Positions 1 through 8,782 of a stretch of 64,000 nt of DNA are shown piece by piece. Numbering within the stretch: position 1 is the stretch's first letter; every line of letters begins with the position of its first letter. Source of the DNA: Gemmatimonadota bacterium (lineage in GTDB: Bacteria; Gemmatimonadota; Gemmatimonadetes; Palauibacterales; Palauibacteraceae); contig JAWWCR010000002.1 of assembly GCA_033720355.1 (NCBI GenBank), positions 4,267 to 68,266 of the forward strand, read 5' to 3'. The notes beneath the pieces are model-generated. The model was not told the DNA's origin, searched no databases, and saw only the letters and a program-made list of their open reading frames with translations. The position numbers and the translations under genes were made by a program.

Positions 1-1
1 G

Positions 2-1327
2 CGCGCCGGGTGGGAATCGGTCAGAGCTCAGCTGGCCGACCTCGCGTCGTTCACGGAGCGTGATGCGTACGTCATCGGTCCGGGCGCCGAGGTGCCGCCC
101 GACGAGCTGCGCGACGAGTTGCTGGCCCGTTATGCGGCCGACTACGTCGAGCAATGGCGCTCGCTGCTCGCCGACGCCGTCGTGAGCGGTCAGGGAACGG
201 CGGGCACGGCGAACGCGCTCGCGTCGATCCCGTTTCCGATGCTGAGGCTGCTCGAGACCGTCTCCGACCACACCGCCGACCTCGACCTCGAGGAGGTCGA
301 CACGTCGTTCCAGCCGGTGCACGCCGTGGTGCCGCGCGACACCACGGAGGTCGGCGTGCAGGTGCCGCCGCAGAGCGGGGACTACGTGGAGGCGTTGCGC
401 GGGCTGGGGAGCGCGCTCGATGCCTGGGGGGACGATCGGAACTCGGTCGCGAACCAGGACGCGGCGGTGGGCGCGGCCGAGGGTCTCGAGCAGACGGTGG
501 ACCGGATGGGTCAGAACTTCTCGCAGGCCGCGCGGGCCCCGGCCGTCGGAGCAACGCTCGCCACCCTGCTCAAGCTGCCGGCCCGCGGCGTCGAGGCGCG
601 GGTTCGCGGCGCCCCCCGTGACGATGCGAACGGCGCCGGCCAGCGGCTCTGCACCGCGATGGGAGAGGTCGCGGCGCTGTACCCCTTCACGCGGGGCGCG
701 GGCCGGTCGGCGACGATCGACGCCGTCGATGCCGCGCTGATGCCCGGCCAGAGCATCTTCTCGAACTTCGAGAACGACTTCATCGGACGGGGGCTGATCG
801 AGCCGATCGGGACCTCCGCCTACCGCGCCGTGACCGGGGGGCGCATGACGATCACGGACGAGGCGCTCGCCTATCTGAACGCGGGGAAGACGATTCAGCG
901 CGCGCTGTACGGGCAGGGCGAGGAGATCCGCGTCTCGTACATCCTCAACCTCGAGCCGTCCGAGGCGCTCGGCGAAGTGGTGCTCAACATCGACACGCGG
1001 TCGGTGACGTTCCGCCCCGCCATCTCGTTGAGCAACGTGTTCACCTGGACGGGATCGCCGGGCGGCAACGCGTCGTTCCGCCCGGGTCCGGGCAGCAACG
1101 TGAGCTTCCTCCCCCGCGAGACGCGGGGTGTCTGGGCCATCCACGAGCTGCTCGATGAGGCGAGCTGGGAGCGCCGTGGCGGCGGCAACGAGTGGACGCT
1201 GCGCTGGCAGCTCGACGACGGCTCCGAGCTTCAGGGCTATCTGAGCTTCCCGCAGGTAAGTGTACCGATACTGCGCGTCGACCAGCTCCAGGCGCTCAGG
1301 GGCTGTCCCTCCACTTTCGTGAGGTGA
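2..1327 (+). CDS. 3' portion (at least 440 codons) of a large protein that runs off the window start; weak resemblance to the C-terminal region of TssM/IcmF of type VI secretion systems
   Basis: The frame is open from base 2 with no stop before the GTG at 92, and it ends at TGA 1325-1327, which overlaps the next ATG (ATGA). The C-terminal motif ...ETRGVWAIHELLDEASWER... resembles the GPWAxFRLLD-type motif I recall near the C-terminus of TssM. The identification rests on that recollection only. Confidence 0.45.
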   Translation, partial: RAGWESVRAQLADLASFTERDAYVIGPGAEVPPDELRDELLARYAADYVEQWRSLLADAVVSGQGTAGTANALASIPFPMLRLLETVSDHTADLDLEEVDTSFQPVHAVVPRDTTEVGVQVPPQSGDYVEALRGLGSALDAWGDDRNSVANQDAAVGAAEGLEQTVDRMGQNFSQAARAPAVGATLATLLKLPARGVEARVRGAPRDDANGAGQRLCTAMGEVAALYPFTRGAGRSATIDAVDAALMPGQSIFSNFENDFIGRGLIEPIGTSAYRAVTGGRMTITDEALAYLNAGKTIQRALYGQGEEIRVSYILNLEPSEALGEVVLNIDTRSVTFRPAISLSNVFTWTGSPGGNASFRPGPGSNVSFLPRETRGVWAIHELLDEASWERRGGGNEWTLRWQLDDGSELQGYLSFPQVSVPILRVDQLQALRGCPSTFVR

Positions 1328-1878
1328 TGCGAACCATGCGGACTTCGAGTCGAACGAACGCCGCCCGACGGTCCGGGGCGTACAGGACGCTGCTCGCCCT
1401 CGCGCTGCCGGGGTTGCTGGGTCTTTCGTGCGGCAGCGACCCGCCGGCCGCCACCGAGCTGGCCCCGGTCGCCGAGCACTCGCTCATCTATCAGCACGAC
1501 GGCGGCGGGATCCGCGATCTTCGGCGGACGGTGGTGCGCGACCGCGCGGGACTCGCCCGGGCGTGGAGCGAGGCGACGTCGCACCAGGGCGCGAACGCGC
1601 CTTCGATGCCCGCGGTCGACTTCGAGCAGGAGATGGTCGTGGTGGTCGCGGCGGGGCCCCGGAAGATCGGGTCGAGGATCTCGGTCGAGCGCGTGGGCAT
1701 CCGGTCCCTCCCGGATGAGGAGGGGGACATGCGGGACGTGATGCTCGTGTGCGTCGTGACTACGGCTTCGGCCGCCGACATCGAGACCGAGGTCTACCCC
1801 GTCTCGATCGTCCGTGTCACCCGTTTCGACGGACCGGTGCAGTGGCAGGACGCTCCCGATCCGGCGGCGTGTCGGTGA
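1327..1878 (+). CDS. lipoprotein, function unknown (183 aa)
   Basis: ATG at 1327 overlaps the upstream stop. N-terminus MRTMRTSSRTNAARRSGAYRTLLALALPGLLGLSC: signal peptide followed by lipobox Cys. Confidence 0.6.
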   Translation: MRTMRTSSRTNAARRSGAYRTLLALALPGLLGLSCGSDPPAATELAPVAEHSLIYQHDGGGIRDLRRTVVRDRAGLARAWSEATSHQGANAPSMPAVDFEQEMVVVVAAGPRKIGSRISVERVGIRSLPDEEGDMRDVMLVCVVTTASAADIETEVYPVSIVRVTRFDGPVQWQDAPDPAACR

Positions 1879-1981
1879 CTCGACGGGCCGAGGGGGAATC
1901 GCTGGTGTAGGTTCTTCGCTGGTGTACCCGTCCCGGACAGAGAAGACCGGTGGCGGATCGAGTCCTTCTCAGGAGGGATCG

Positions 1982-2920
1982 TTGTCGACCGTAGCGTGTG
2001 CCAGTTGTGGGGCGGACAACCCGGAGGGGTACCGGTTCTGCTCGGAGTGCGGTCGCCCGTTGAGCGAGCGGCCCGGCGGCGACGACGAGCCGTCTCCGCC
2101 CTCGGCGACGGACATCTTCGCGCCGACCGCCGCCGAAACGCCGGCGGTCGTGCTCGACGAGGAGCCCGCATCCGCGACACCCGACCCCGACCCGCCCGAG
2201 CCCGCAGAGCGGGACCCCGAGCCGGAGGCGGCGTCGGCCGGCGACACGCCTCCGCCGATCCCGACGTCGCCGGGTGGCGGCACCCAGGTCTTCGTCTCGG
2301 CGTCGGTCCGCGACACGGGTCGCTTGACCCGGCTCCTCCCCGACGGCGAGGTCGAGACCCTCGACTTCGACGACGAGGTGGTCGTGGGGAGCGCCGAGGG
2401 AGGGATGCGTATCCCCGACGACCCGTACCTGTCGCCGCGACACGCTCGTGTGCGACGAGAGGGACGGGTCTTCATCCTCGAGGATCTCGATTCGGTCAAC
2501 GGCACGTTTCTCCGGATCGACGGTTCGCATGAGCTCGAGGCCGACGACCGCGTCATGCTCGGCAGCCAGCTCTTCGAATTCCGCGCGTCGCCCGCCCCGA
2601 CGCTGGTGCACCTCGATGCGGATGGCGAGCCGGGCGAGACGCACGAGCTCGGCGACGGCGAGACGGCGATCGGCCGCGAGGAAGGCGACCTCGTGTTCGG
2701 GGATGACCCGCTCATGTCGGGACTCCACGCGAGGATCCGTGTCGAGGACTCCGCCGGGGATGCGGCCGTCGTGATCCGTGACGAACGGAGCCGAAACGGC
2801 ATCTACGTTCTCGCACGTGGCCCGCACGAGCTGTCGGACGGCGCGCAGTTCACCGTCGGCAAGCAGGTCGTCCGCTTCGAGCTCAGACACCCGCCCGATC
2901 CGCTCAAGCGGGTGAGCTGA
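1982..2920 (+). CDS. FHA-domain protein with N-terminal CxxC...CxxC zinc ribbon (Fha/TagH-like)
   Basis: TTG at 1982 is preceded by AGGAGG (1969-1974) with a 5-nt spacer. The N-terminus MSTVACASCG...FCSECG parallels the kinase N-terminus (MSTTRCPRCD...FCPQCG). FHA signature ...SPRHARVRREGRVFILEDLDSVNGTFL..., possibly followed by a second degenerate FHA. The ORF-track start at 1814 lacks an RBS. Confidence 0.8.
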   Translation: MSTVACASCGADNPEGYRFCSECGRPLSERPGGDDEPSPPSATDIFAPTAAETPAVVLDEEPASATPDPDPPEPAERDPEPEAASAGDTPPPIPTSPGGGTQVFVSASVRDTGRLTRLLPDGEVETLDFDDEVVVGSAEGGMRIPDDPYLSPRHARVRREGRVFILEDLDSVNGTFLRIDGSHELEADDRVMLGSQLFEFRASPAPTLVHLDADGEPGETHELGDGETAIGREEGDLVFGDDPLMSGLHARIRVEDSAGDAAVVIRDERSRNGIYVLARGPHELSDGAQFTVGKQVVRFELRHPPDPLKRVS

Positions 2921-2933
2921 GGCGATCGCGCCG

Positions 2934-5615
2934 ATGTCGACGACCCGGTGTCCCCGCTGCGACGCGGAATGCCCCGAGAGCGTGAAGTTCTGTCCCCAGT
3001 GCGGCCTCCGTCTGGACGCGTCGGACGACGAGGCCGGCACGAAGGACCCGCTCGTGGGACAGCACTTCGACGGGCACTACGAGGTGCTCTCGCGGGTCGC
3101 CGTCGGCGGCTTCGGGACGATCTACCGGGTCCGCGATCTCGAGCTGAACACGATCGTGGCGCTGAAGGTCCTCCACCCACACCGGGCGAGCGGCCCGAAC
3201 CAGATCAGGCGGTTCCGGCTCGACGCTCAGCTCCTGCGCCAGCTCGGGCGGCATACGAACCACCTCCCCGAGCTCCACCACTTCGCGCAGGACAGGGAAC
3301 GCGGCCTGTGGTACTTCACCCTGGAGTTTCTGGAGGGAGAGACCCTTCACCAGCTCCTCCAGCGCGAGACCCCGCTGGCCCCGGACCGCGGCGTGGCCAT
3401 CCTGCGCCAGGTGTGCTCGGCCCTCACCGCCGCCCACTCGCAGGACCCGCCCGTGGTCCACCGCGACCTGAAGCCCGACAACATCTTCATCGTCGACCGC
3501 GGCGGCCGGGACTTCGTAAAGGTGCTCGACTTCGGGATCGCGAAGCGGCTCGGGCACGACAGCCTGACGGATGTCGGACACGTCGTGGGCTCGGCGGGCT
3601 ACATGTCCCCCGAGCAATACCGTGGCGAGGACGTCGACGGCCGCACCGACCTCTTCGCGCTCGGCGTGATCTTCTACAACATGGTGACCGGGAAGGAGCC
3701 CTGGCTGGGGCTCGACTTCGACTCGGAGAAGTCGCGCGCCACGCAGCTCCGCATGCTGGACGCCATGCTCAACAAGACGCAGGGTCACGACGGCGAGCCG
3801 GCGGAGGCCCCGATCCCGATCTCCGAGGCGGGCGTCGACGTGAGCGCGGCGACCGAGGAGGTCGTCCTCAGACTCCTGAAGACCGATCCGGCGGAGCGGT
3901 TCCAGTCGGCATCGGAGCTCGATCGGGCGCTCGAGCGTCTCCAGCTCACGGTCGGCGTTCCTTCCGGCGGGAGTCTCCGCGTCGAGAGCGTGCCCTCGGG
4001 CGCGGCGGTCATCCTGAAACGCGAGGCCGCCACGATCGGGAAGGGCGTGACTCCGTGGGAGATCGGCCCCCTTCCCTCCGGCGACTACGTGGTACGGGTG
4101 CGCGCGAAGCGCTGCGAGCCGGCGCAGGCATCGGTCCGCATCGTCGAGGACCAGGTCAGTCAGGTGAAGGTGCCACTCGAGCGCACGGCCTCCACGGCCG
4201 AGCGGGCCCTCGAGGCGTTGGGCCGCACCGGCGCGTCGCTACGCCGGGCGACCCGTCGGCTGGTCGAGATCACGCCCTGGAAGTGGGTCGCGGCCGGCGG
4301 CGCGGTCGCTGCGGCGGCGCTCGCCATCGCGGCCAACTGGGGCACCCTGCTGGCGATTCTCACGGGACCGCCCGAGGTGAGCGCCGGGTCCATCCTCTCG
4401 CAGGCCTCGGCCGGGCAGGTCTCCGAGCTCGTGGTTCGGGCGGACGGGACGCTCGAGGCGCACCGCGGCGCCGAGCACGGGAACGACGTCGTCGAGGTCG
4501 CCCTGGGATCGATGGGGCTGCGCGACTTCTTCAGGGACGCGCGCGGGGGCGCCATCCCGATCCGTCACGAACGCGAGCCGGCCTCGGTATCGTTCGCGAT
4601 CGACACGCCGGGCGGAGGGGCACCCGGCGGCGCGCGGATCGTCCTGAGAGGGGCCTCGCCCGGCTGCTCGCCGTGCCAGCAATCCGAGCGTCTGGACTCG
4701 GGCTGGTACGAGCTGAGAAACGAGTCGGACGATTGGCTGATCCAGGACGTTCGAGTCCGATACGACGTCGATGGTGAGGAGGAGTGGACGCCGACGCTGC
4801 CAGACTCGGTCTACCTGTCGGGCGCATTCCCGGTGGCCGTACGGGTGACGCTGGTCCACCGGGCCGACCTCGAGCTCGAGACGCTACTCGAAGACGCCCG
4901 CGATGCCGTCGGCTCGATGGACTATCAGGTCGCCGTGGGGCACCTCTCCCAGGCCCTCGAGCTCGAGCCCGAGAACGACGATGTGCTGGCTCTCTTCGCG
5001 ACGATCGGGGACGGCCTGGCTGTCCAGGCCGGTCTCGATCTGCCGGGACGGCCGGAGCGCGCCCTGGACGCCGCGAACGCGTGCATCCGGCTGCTCCCGA
5101 CGGCCGAGGAGGCATGCGTCGCGGTCCGCGACTCGGCGAACGCGATCATCCGCAACCGGCCCGGACCTATCGTGGTGCCGCCGCCACCCGTGCCGCCTCC
5201 ACCCGGCCCACCGCCACCGGGGCCGCCCCCTCCGCCACCCCCGGAAGAGCAGCTCGCGGCGGCCCTGGCCGGGGAGTGGACGGGCTTCATCGAGTCGTGG
5301 AGCGGCGGCAACTGCAACGCCGTGCCTGTCGGACCCGGTCTTGGTCTGACCGCGCAGGGCGCGACGCTGACCGGACGCGTCAGGCTGCTCGTCACGTGCG
5401 GCGCGACGCCTCAGGGCGAGATCGACCTGATACTCGACGGGCGGGTGACCGGTGAGGCGCTGACGCTCGTGGGCGAGCGCGACGGCCATGCGTGCACCTA
5501 CTCGGCACCGGTCGACGCGATCTCGGGCGCCGGCATCCAGCGCGCCACTTTCGAATGCCCGTCAGCCGGTATCGCGAACGGACTATGGCGACTCCTCGGG
5601 AAGAGCGGACCATGA
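2934..5615 (+). CDS. Hanks-type Ser/Thr protein kinase, membrane-spanning, PpkA-like: zinc ribbon - kinase - PEGA - TM - large extracytoplasmic region with a poly-Pro tract
   Basis: Kinase motifs HRDLKPDNIFI, DFGIAK, GSAGYMSPE. PEGA-like segment LRVESVPSGAAVILKREAATIGKGVTPWEIGPLPSGDYVVRVRA. Hydrophobic helix WKWVAAGGAVAAAALAIAANWGTLLAIL. Pro-rich tract PPPPVPPPPGPPPPGPPPPPPP. Starts 14 nt after the FHA gene stop. Confidence 0.9.
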   Translation: MSTTRCPRCDAECPESVKFCPQCGLRLDASDDEAGTKDPLVGQHFDGHYEVLSRVAVGGFGTIYRVRDLELNTIVALKVLHPHRASGPNQIRRFRLDAQLLRQLGRHTNHLPELHHFAQDRERGLWYFTLEFLEGETLHQLLQRETPLAPDRGVAILRQVCSALTAAHSQDPPVVHRDLKPDNIFIVDRGGRDFVKVLDFGIAKRLGHDSLTDVGHVVGSAGYMSPEQYRGEDVDGRTDLFALGVIFYNMVTGKEPWLGLDFDSEKSRATQLRMLDAMLNKTQGHDGEPAEAPIPISEAGVDVSAATEEVVLRLLKTDPAERFQSASELDRALERLQLTVGVPSGGSLRVESVPSGAAVILKREAATIGKGVTPWEIGPLPSGDYVVRVRAKRCEPAQASVRIVEDQVSQVKVPLERTASTAERALEALGRTGASLRRATRRLVEITPWKWVAAGGAVAAAALAIAANWGTLLAILTGPPEVSAGSILSQASAGQVSELVVRADGTLEAHRGAEHGNDVVEVALGSMGLRDFFRDARGGAIPIRHEREPASVSFAIDTPGGGAPGGARIVLRGASPGCSPCQQSERLDSGWYELRNESDDWLIQDVRVRYDVDGEEEWTPTLPDSVYLSGAFPVAVRVTLVHRADLELETLLEDARDAVGSMDYQVAVGHLSQALELEPENDDVLALFATIGDGLAVQAGLDLPGRPERALDAANACIRLLPTAEEACVAVRDSANAIIRNRPGPIVVPPPPVPPPPGPPPPGPPPPPPPEEQLAAALAGEWTGFIESWSGGNCNAVPVGPGLGLTAQGATLTGRVRLLVTCGATPQGEIDLILDGRVTGEALTLVGERDGHACTYSAPVDAISGAGIQRATFECPSAGIANGLWRLLGKSGP

Positions 5616-6472
5616 GATCGAACGGACACGGACTCCGCACGTCACCCCGGCTCCTCGAGGTCGCCGCGATCGCGACGGCCGCCCTCGGCGCGTCCGCGTG
5701 CTCGCCGATCATCACGAAGCAGATCTACATCGGTCAGGCCGAGGACGCCTTGAGGGTCGAGTACGAGGAAAACCTCGCCGGCGAATGGGCCCGCGGCTCG
5801 GTTCTCGAGCGAATCGAGCTTCGACAGGGCGAGAGCGCCACGTTTCCCGTCCGCGTGATCGCGGGTGAGGCGGCCGGCGTCCTGGCCGCGTGCGACCAGG
5901 ATTGCAACGGGCTCAACCTCGAGCTGCGGGACGCGGACGGCTTCCCCGTCGACCGGGTGATCTCCGGCGTCGACAACCGGCCCTTCGCGACCGTCCCTCC
6001 GGGTCCGGCCCAGGAGCTGACGGCCGAGATCGCCATGGTCGCGTGCGAGTCGAACCCGTGCTTCGTGTCGTACTGGGTGATGCGGTCGCCTTCGCCCGAG
6101 GTCGGCGAGCTCATCGCCTACTACGAGCAGTCGCTGGCCTCGCAGTGGCGGCCCGTCGGCCCGACGCAGCGCGGGACGCTCGAGCAGCTTACGTCGTCAT
6201 CGTACGCGCTCGATTTCCTTGGCGGCGAGAACGCCTCGGTGGTGGCGGCGTGCGACCCCGACTGCGTCGAGCTCAACATCCAGGTCGTCGACTCCGACGG
6301 TTTTCCCGTCGACCAGACGATGGGGGGGACCGAACGCACTCCGGTCTCGGCCTTCACCGTGACCACCGCGGGCACGTATCGCCTCATCGTCGGGATGGCC
6401 GGCTGCAACGACGAGCCGTGCTCGTTCGCCTACTGGATTCTCCAGAGACAGGGGGCCGCCGATGACGGATGA
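5612..6472 (+). CDS. lipoprotein made of two tandem copies of a roughly 110-aa Cys-containing domain (possible TagR-like kinase co-factor)
   Basis: ATG 5612 overlaps the kinase TGA (ATGA). Lipobox LGASAC. Internal duplication: ...GESATFPVRVIAGEAAGVLAACDQDCNGLNLELRDADGFPVDRV...CESNPCFVSYWVM versus ...GENASVVAACDPDCVELNIQVVDSDGFPVDQT...CNDEPCSFAYWIL. Confidence 0.75.
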   Translation: MRSNGHGLRTSPRLLEVAAIATAALGASACSPIITKQIYIGQAEDALRVEYEENLAGEWARGSVLERIELRQGESATFPVRVIAGEAAGVLAACDQDCNGLNLELRDADGFPVDRVISGVDNRPFATVPPGPAQELTAEIAMVACESNPCFVSYWVMRSPSPEVGELIAYYEQSLASQWRPVGPTQRGTLEQLTSSSYALDFLGGENASVVAACDPDCVELNIQVVDSDGFPVDQTMGGTERTPVSAFTVTTAGTYRLIVGMAGCNDEPCSFAYWILQRQGAADDG

Positions 6473-7349
6473 GCCGACCCGGCCCGGCTCGCGACCCCGT
6501 GACCCGCGAGGGGGCAGCCCGACACCGCTGTACTGGAGCACCAGGGTCCCGCCGACCCGGGTCACCGTCGCCGGCGTGACCGATGTCGGACGCGCCCGCG
6601 ACAACAACGAGGACGGTTTCCTCCTCTGGAATCTCGAGTCGGACACCGAGATCGCCGAGGTCTTCGAGACCGGGTGCACCGAAAGGCGGCCGCTCCTGCT
6701 GCTCGCCGGGTCGGACGGGATGGGAGGGCAGCTCGCCGGGGAGGTGGCGAGCGCCACCGCGCTCGCCACGCTGGCGGACTTCGTCAGGGCCGGCGCGGCC
6801 GGTCTCGCGGACCGGGCGTCCGAGGGAATCGGCACGTGGCTCGAGCGCGGCGTCCAGGAGGCGCACCAGCGGGTGCGTGAGCGCAGCGAGGAGGATGCCG
6901 AGACGCACGGCATGGGAGCGACGCTCAGCGTGTCGCTGCTGCTCGGCCAGCGGATGTGCCTCGCGCACGTGGGCGACAGCCGGGTGTATCTGTTCCGTGA
7001 GGGTCGTCTCCGCCAGCTCACCATGGACCACACGCACGTACAGGATCTCGTGGCGCACGGTCACCTGTCCGTCGAGCAGGCGCGCGTCCACCAGGAAAGG
7101 AACCTCTTGATGCAGGCGATCGGCGTGTCCGAGTCGGTCGCCGCGGATGTCTCGGAGGTGGCGGTAAATCGGGGAGATCGTCTGCTGCTGTCGAGCGACG
7201 GGCTCCACGACCTGGTCCCGGACGACGAGATCGCCGAAGTGTTCGAGGCGAACGGCACCCCTCGAGGCGATTGCCGCGAGCTGATCAGCCGGGCGAACGA
7301 TTATGGTGGTCCGGACAACATCACCGCCGTCGTGGCGCACTTCGACTGA
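6462..7349 (+). CDS. PP2C-family (PPM) Ser/Thr phosphatase, PppA-like
   Basis: PPM motifs GSDGMGG, SSDGLHDLV, GGPDNITAVVAHFD. Start overlaps the upstream gene by 11 nt. Confidence 0.9.
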   Translation: MTDEPTRPGSRPRDPRGGSPTPLYWSTRVPPTRVTVAGVTDVGRARDNNEDGFLLWNLESDTEIAEVFETGCTERRPLLLLAGSDGMGGQLAGEVASATALATLADFVRAGAAGLADRASEGIGTWLERGVQEAHQRVRERSEEDAETHGMGATLSVSLLLGQRMCLAHVGDSRVYLFREGRLRQLTMDHTHVQDLVAHGHLSVEQARVHQERNLLMQAIGVSESVAADVSEVAVNRGDRLLLSSDGLHDLVPDDEIAEVFEANGTPRGDCRELISRANDYGGPDNITAVVAHFD

Positions 7350-7364
7350 GACCGGACGGGTCGC

Positions 7365-7949
7365 ATGAATGCGAGGCTCACGGTCCTCTCGGGAGAGATG
7401 CAGGGTGTCGAGATCACCCTGAGCGACGGCGACATCACGATCGGCCGGTCGGGCCAAGACGATCTGATCCTCCCCGAAGAAGTGGTCTCGAGGCTCCAGG
7501 CGAGCCTCCATTATGAAGGCGGCCGCTACCTGCTGCGGGACGAGGGCAGCACGAACGGGACCTTCATCAACGACCGCCGTGTCGTCGAGCAGGTCCTGCG
7601 CGATGGCGATGTCATCGAGTTCGGGCTCGATGGTCCGGCGGCGCGGTTCGAGACGGTCCCCTCACCGGCGAAGGCGGAGGCCGCGGCGGACGCTCCCTCT
7701 CCGGGGGCCTCGGCGACCCCGATCGGCGCTCCCCGACTGGACGAGGGCGAGCCGCCCGACGCGTGGATCGATCGCGGGGTCGCCTACTCGTCCACCGGGA
7801 TCTTCAAGGTGCCCGAGGAGACCGAGCCCGACCCATCGCCAGAGCGCGCGACGGCGGCCCCCGGACGCTCCGGCCTCCGTCTCTGGGTCGCCATGCTGGC
7901 GATCGTGCTGGCGCTCGCCGTGACGGTCATCGCCGTCCTCGTCCTCTGA
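7365..7949 (+). CDS. FHA-domain protein with C-terminal transmembrane anchor
   Basis: FHA core ITIGRSGQDDLILPEEVVSRLQASLHYEGGRYLLRDEGSTNGTFINDRRV. C-terminal helix LWVAMLAIVLALAVTVIAVLVL. Starts 16 nt after the phosphatase gene. Confidence 0.8.
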   Translation: MNARLTVLSGEMQGVEITLSDGDITIGRSGQDDLILPEEVVSRLQASLHYEGGRYLLRDEGSTNGTFINDRRVVEQVLRDGDVIEFGLDGPAARFETVPSPAKAEAAADAPSPGASATPIGAPRLDEGEPPDAWIDRGVAYSSTGIFKVPEETEPDPSPERATAAPGRSGLRLWVAMLAIVLALAVTVIAVLVL

Positions 7950-7973
7950 GCGAACGGCCGAGGACCCCCGCGT

Positions 7974-8609
7974 TCAGGCGGTGAGCCTCGCCGCGATGCC
8001 ACGTTTCTCGAGCCGCTGGTTCATCCACTCCGCGACCGCGCGGGCGCACTCGGCGTCGCCGTCGACATCGGGCCATGGGACACCCCCCGCCGCCCCGTGC
8101 GACCCGGTGAAGCTCGCCTCCTCACGCACGCCATCCCCCGCCAGCCAGCGACCGGTGTTGTAGAAGTACCAGCGCGATTTGATCGGATTCTCGATCCAGA
8201 AGACGACGTCGCGCGCCGTACGGGCATGCGCCACGTAGTCGATGTTGTCGGGCATGATCTGCACCATCGCGGCGTCGCTCAGCTGCATGTCCACGGCGTC
8301 GAACAGGAAGACCGACTCGACGCGAACCCCCCGTTCGCGCAGACGCTGGGCCGTGAGCAACGACGCGCACGCCCCGCGACTGTATCCCACCAGTCTCACC
8401 GGGCCGTCGTCGCCGCACCCGGCGAGCGCGTCCAGGGCGGCGTCGGCGATCCGCGAGGTCTCCGACCCGAGGAGGGTCGGCCCCCTGAGGTAGCGGCCCG
8501 CGCCGGCCGGAATCTGACGCGCGATCTGGCTACAGAAGGAGTGCTGCATCGACCGTGCATACTCCGCGTCGTCGGATTCTCCGGTCCCGTCGATGATGAT
8601 CGTCGGCAT
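7974..8609 (-). CDS. small alpha/beta-hydrolase-like protein with GxSxG (GYSRG) nucleophile elbow; DUF2235/Tle1-like motif arrangement; no signal peptide
   Basis: ATG at 8609 (revcomp of cat 8607-8609) is preceded by GGAGG. Motifs MPTIIIDGTGESDD and VRLVGYSRGACASL, arranged as in the DUF2235 alpha/beta hydrolase family. The ORF-track start at 8708 lacks an RBS. Confidence 0.6.
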   Translation of the reverse strand: MPTIIIDGTGESDDAEYARSMQHSFCSQIARQIPAGAGRYLRGPTLLGSETSRIADAALDALAGCGDDGPVRLVGYSRGACASLLTAQRLRERGVRVESVFLFDAVDMQLSDAAMVQIMPDNIDYVAHARTARDVVFWIENPIKSRWYFYNTGRWLAGDGVREEASFTGSHGAAGGVPWPDVDGDAECARAVAEWMNQRLEKRGIAARLTA

Positions 8610-8782
8610 GGTCGCCTCCGGGGCTGGATGGACGTCTCTTCCCTCGACGCCCAAAGTGAGGCGCCTCATGAGTCGGCGTCGAGCCCCACACGCACGTTCC
8701 AACGCCACGAGCGTTCAAGACGGGCCGTCGATCTCGCGCTAGCGTGCCGTTCGCCGGAGAACCGGACAACGAGGAGGCGAGC

